Part shown: positions 62,584 to 64,000 of the stretch, piece by piece
Layout: each line of letters begins with the position of its first letter
Numbering within the stretch: position 1 is the first letter of the stretch
From: Desulfatiglandales bacterium
GTDB taxonomy: Bacteria; Desulfobacterota; DSM-4660; Desulfatiglandales; Desulfatiglandaceae
Direction: 5' to 3'
Assembly: GCA_963662465.1 (NCBI GenBank)
Contig: OY759599.1
Coordinates: forward strand, 5,024,001 to 5,088,000
DNA length: 64,000 nucleotides
Translations under genes and position numbers: made by a program
The notes under the pieces: generated by a model
The model's database searches: none
What the model was told of the DNA's origin: nothing
The model's input: the letters and a program-made list of their open reading frames with translations, nothing else

Positions 62584-63614
62584 GTGGACTGAAAAACGGC
62601 AATCCTGTTCCTGAATACGCAAGTTTCCTTGTCGAGGTTAAGGAACGTATTCGCAAGGCGCAGTACCAGGCGCTCAAAGCGGTCAATACCGAGCTGGTGG
62701 GGCTTTATTGGGACATCGGCCAGATGATCGCCGAACGTCAGGAAAAGGCGGGTTGGGGCAGGTCCGTCGTGGAAAGCCTGTCCGCGGATTTGAGGCGGGA
62801 ATTTCCGGGAGTCGCCGGTTTTTCGGTGCAGAACCTCTGGTATATGAGGCAGTTTTATCTGGAATACACCGGGCATGAAAAACTCCAACCACTGGTTGGA
62901 GAAATAGCCTGGGCTCACAATCTGGTCATCATGGGCAAGTGCAAGGACCCTCTGGAACGCGAATTCTACATCCGCATGACCCGCAAGTTCGGCTGGTCCA
63001 AGAACGTGCTCATCCACCAGATTGAAAACCAGACTTATGAAAAATCCCTGCTCGGGCAGACCAATTTTGACCGGGCACTGACGCCGGAGCTGCGCGCTCA
63101 GGCCAAACTGGCCGTGAAGGATGAATATACCTTTGATTTTCTGGAACTGGGGGAAGAGCATAGTGAGCGCGAGCTGGAACGGGCGCTGATTGCCAGAATT
63201 GAAGATTTCCTGCGGGCCATGGGGGGCATGTTCGCTTTTATGGGCAGCCAGTACCGGCTTGAGGTGGACGGCGAAGAATTCTTCATCGACCTGTTGCTGT
63301 TTCATCGGCGCTTGCGCTGTCTGGTGGCCATCGAGTTGAAGGTCGGTAAATTCAAGCCGGAGTTTGTCGGCAAGATGCAGTTTTATCTGAGGGCACTGGA
63401 CCGGCTGGTCCGGCAAGAGGACGAGAACCCTTCCATCGGCATCATTCTCTGCAAGGAAAAGAAACGTACCATTGTTGAGTATGCTTTGCATGATGCCCGC
63501 AAGCCCATCGGCGTGGCCACCTATGAAATCACCCGGACCCTGCCGAAGGAATTAAAGGGGCAATTGCCGCGTCCCGAGGATATCGCCGCCCTGCTGGAGG
63601 GGATTGAAGGATGA
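62580..63614 (+). CDS. DUF1016/YhcG-family PD-(D/E)XK nuclease-domain protein
   Basis: LYWDIG, GFSVQNLWYMRQFY, KDEYTFDFL, IDLLLFHRRLRCLVAIELK, GKMQFYL, SIGIILCK. Confidence 0.93.
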   Translation: MSGLKNGNPVPEYASFLVEVKERIRKAQYQALKAVNTELVGLYWDIGQMIAERQEKAGWGRSVVESLSADLRREFPGVAGFSVQNLWYMRQFYLEYTGHEKLQPLVGEIAWAHNLVIMGKCKDPLEREFYIRMTRKFGWSKNVLIHQIENQTYEKSLLGQTNFDRALTPELRAQAKLAVKDEYTFDFLELGEEHSERELERALIARIEDFLRAMGGMFAFMGSQYRLEVDGEEFFIDLLLFHRRLRCLVAIELKVGKFKPEFVGKMQFYLRALDRLVRQEDENPSIGIILCKEKKRTIVEYALHDARKPIGVATYEITRTLPKELKGQLPRPEDIAALLEGIEG

Positions 63615-63659
63615 GTAAACAATTTCCCGGCACCGGAAAGATGATCCGAGAGAATAGAC

Positions 63660-63814
63660 ATGGATAAAAAAATCCAGATGATGAAGGTCCAATTCGATTC
63701 TTTAATCCACCAGCTCCCCGAGGGGAACATCGAATTCTGGTTCGCCCGGGATCTGATGAAACCTCTGGGCGATGCGCGTTGGGAGAACTCCAAGTCTGCC
63801 GTCAAACGAGCAAT
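63660..63814 (+). pseudogene. DinD/BRO-N-like N-terminal fragment, truncated
   Basis: EFWFARDLMKPLG.ARWEN...AVKRA, then runs into the solo element end. Confidence 0.6.
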
Positions 63815-63869
63815 GAATGGGGTCAAGTCCGCTCTTGACCTGTTTGAGATGAAGTGGTATTAAAGAAAC
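63815..63869 (+). repeat. Solo direct-repeat copy of the element left end
   Basis: 55 bp matching 61397-61451 with 2 substitutions; no transposase follows. Confidence 0.9.
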
Positions 63870-64000
63870 CGCATAAGTCTACATGTTGTGGGGTTTTCAA
63901 AAATCTACATGTAACCTATTGAAAATCAACGATTAATGACTTTGGAATGAAAACTCTGAAATCTTTTATATTTCAACATGTTAACCTAAAACCTCACAAC

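Noticed and set aside
62454..63491. 345-aa minus-strand ORF
   Set aside because: Shadow of the DUF1016 gene, which carries the recognisable motifs.
63611..63667. 18-codon ORF MSKQFPGTGKMIRENRHG coupled to the DUF1016 stop
   Set aside because: Too short to support; could be a gene remnant but cannot be verified.

Overview
Bacterial chromosome window. Gene content and protein style point to a strictly anaerobic, aromatic-degrading deltaproteobacterium (Desulfobacterota-like; this is inference). Bases 1-29.4 kb are the minus-strand core translation/transcription supercluster: tRNA-Thr/Tyr/Gly/Thr, tuf, rpmG, tRNA-Trp, secE, nusG, rplKAJL, rpoBC, rpsLG, a second tuf, then the S10, spc and alpha operons. 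fusA, adk and map are missing from their usual slots. Bases 30-38 kb hold a MamI-like membrane protein, ndk, two YkgJ-type Cys-cluster paralogues, and an uncharacterised sigma-54 module: PAS-PAS-GAF kinase, NtrC-type activator, archaemetzincin, and a GcvH-fold protein with two 4-Cys repeats and no lipoyl-lysine, behind a consensus -24/-12 promoter. Bases 38-59 kb are a plus-strand redox supercluster: a NuoE/NuoF/(Fe-S + GltD/NfnL fusion) module, HdrCBA-MvhD-MetV-MetF, class II benzoyl-CoA reductase genes bamBCDEF with no adjacent bamGHI, a GNAT, and two FdhD paralogues lacking the Cys motif. Three genes (mvhD, bamE, bamF) are split in the ORF track only because of in-frame UGA codons at conserved Cys positions followed by hairpins, so they are predicted selenoproteins. 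Bases 59.4-64 kb hold a cysteine desulfidase-like gene and a rearranged tract: an HUH/RAYT-like transposase bounded by perfect 22-bp terminal inverted repeats, a solo copy of its left end, truncated RNA-ligase, HsdM-like and DinD-like fragments, and a DUF1016 nuclease. All family calls come from motif recognition by eye; no searches were run.
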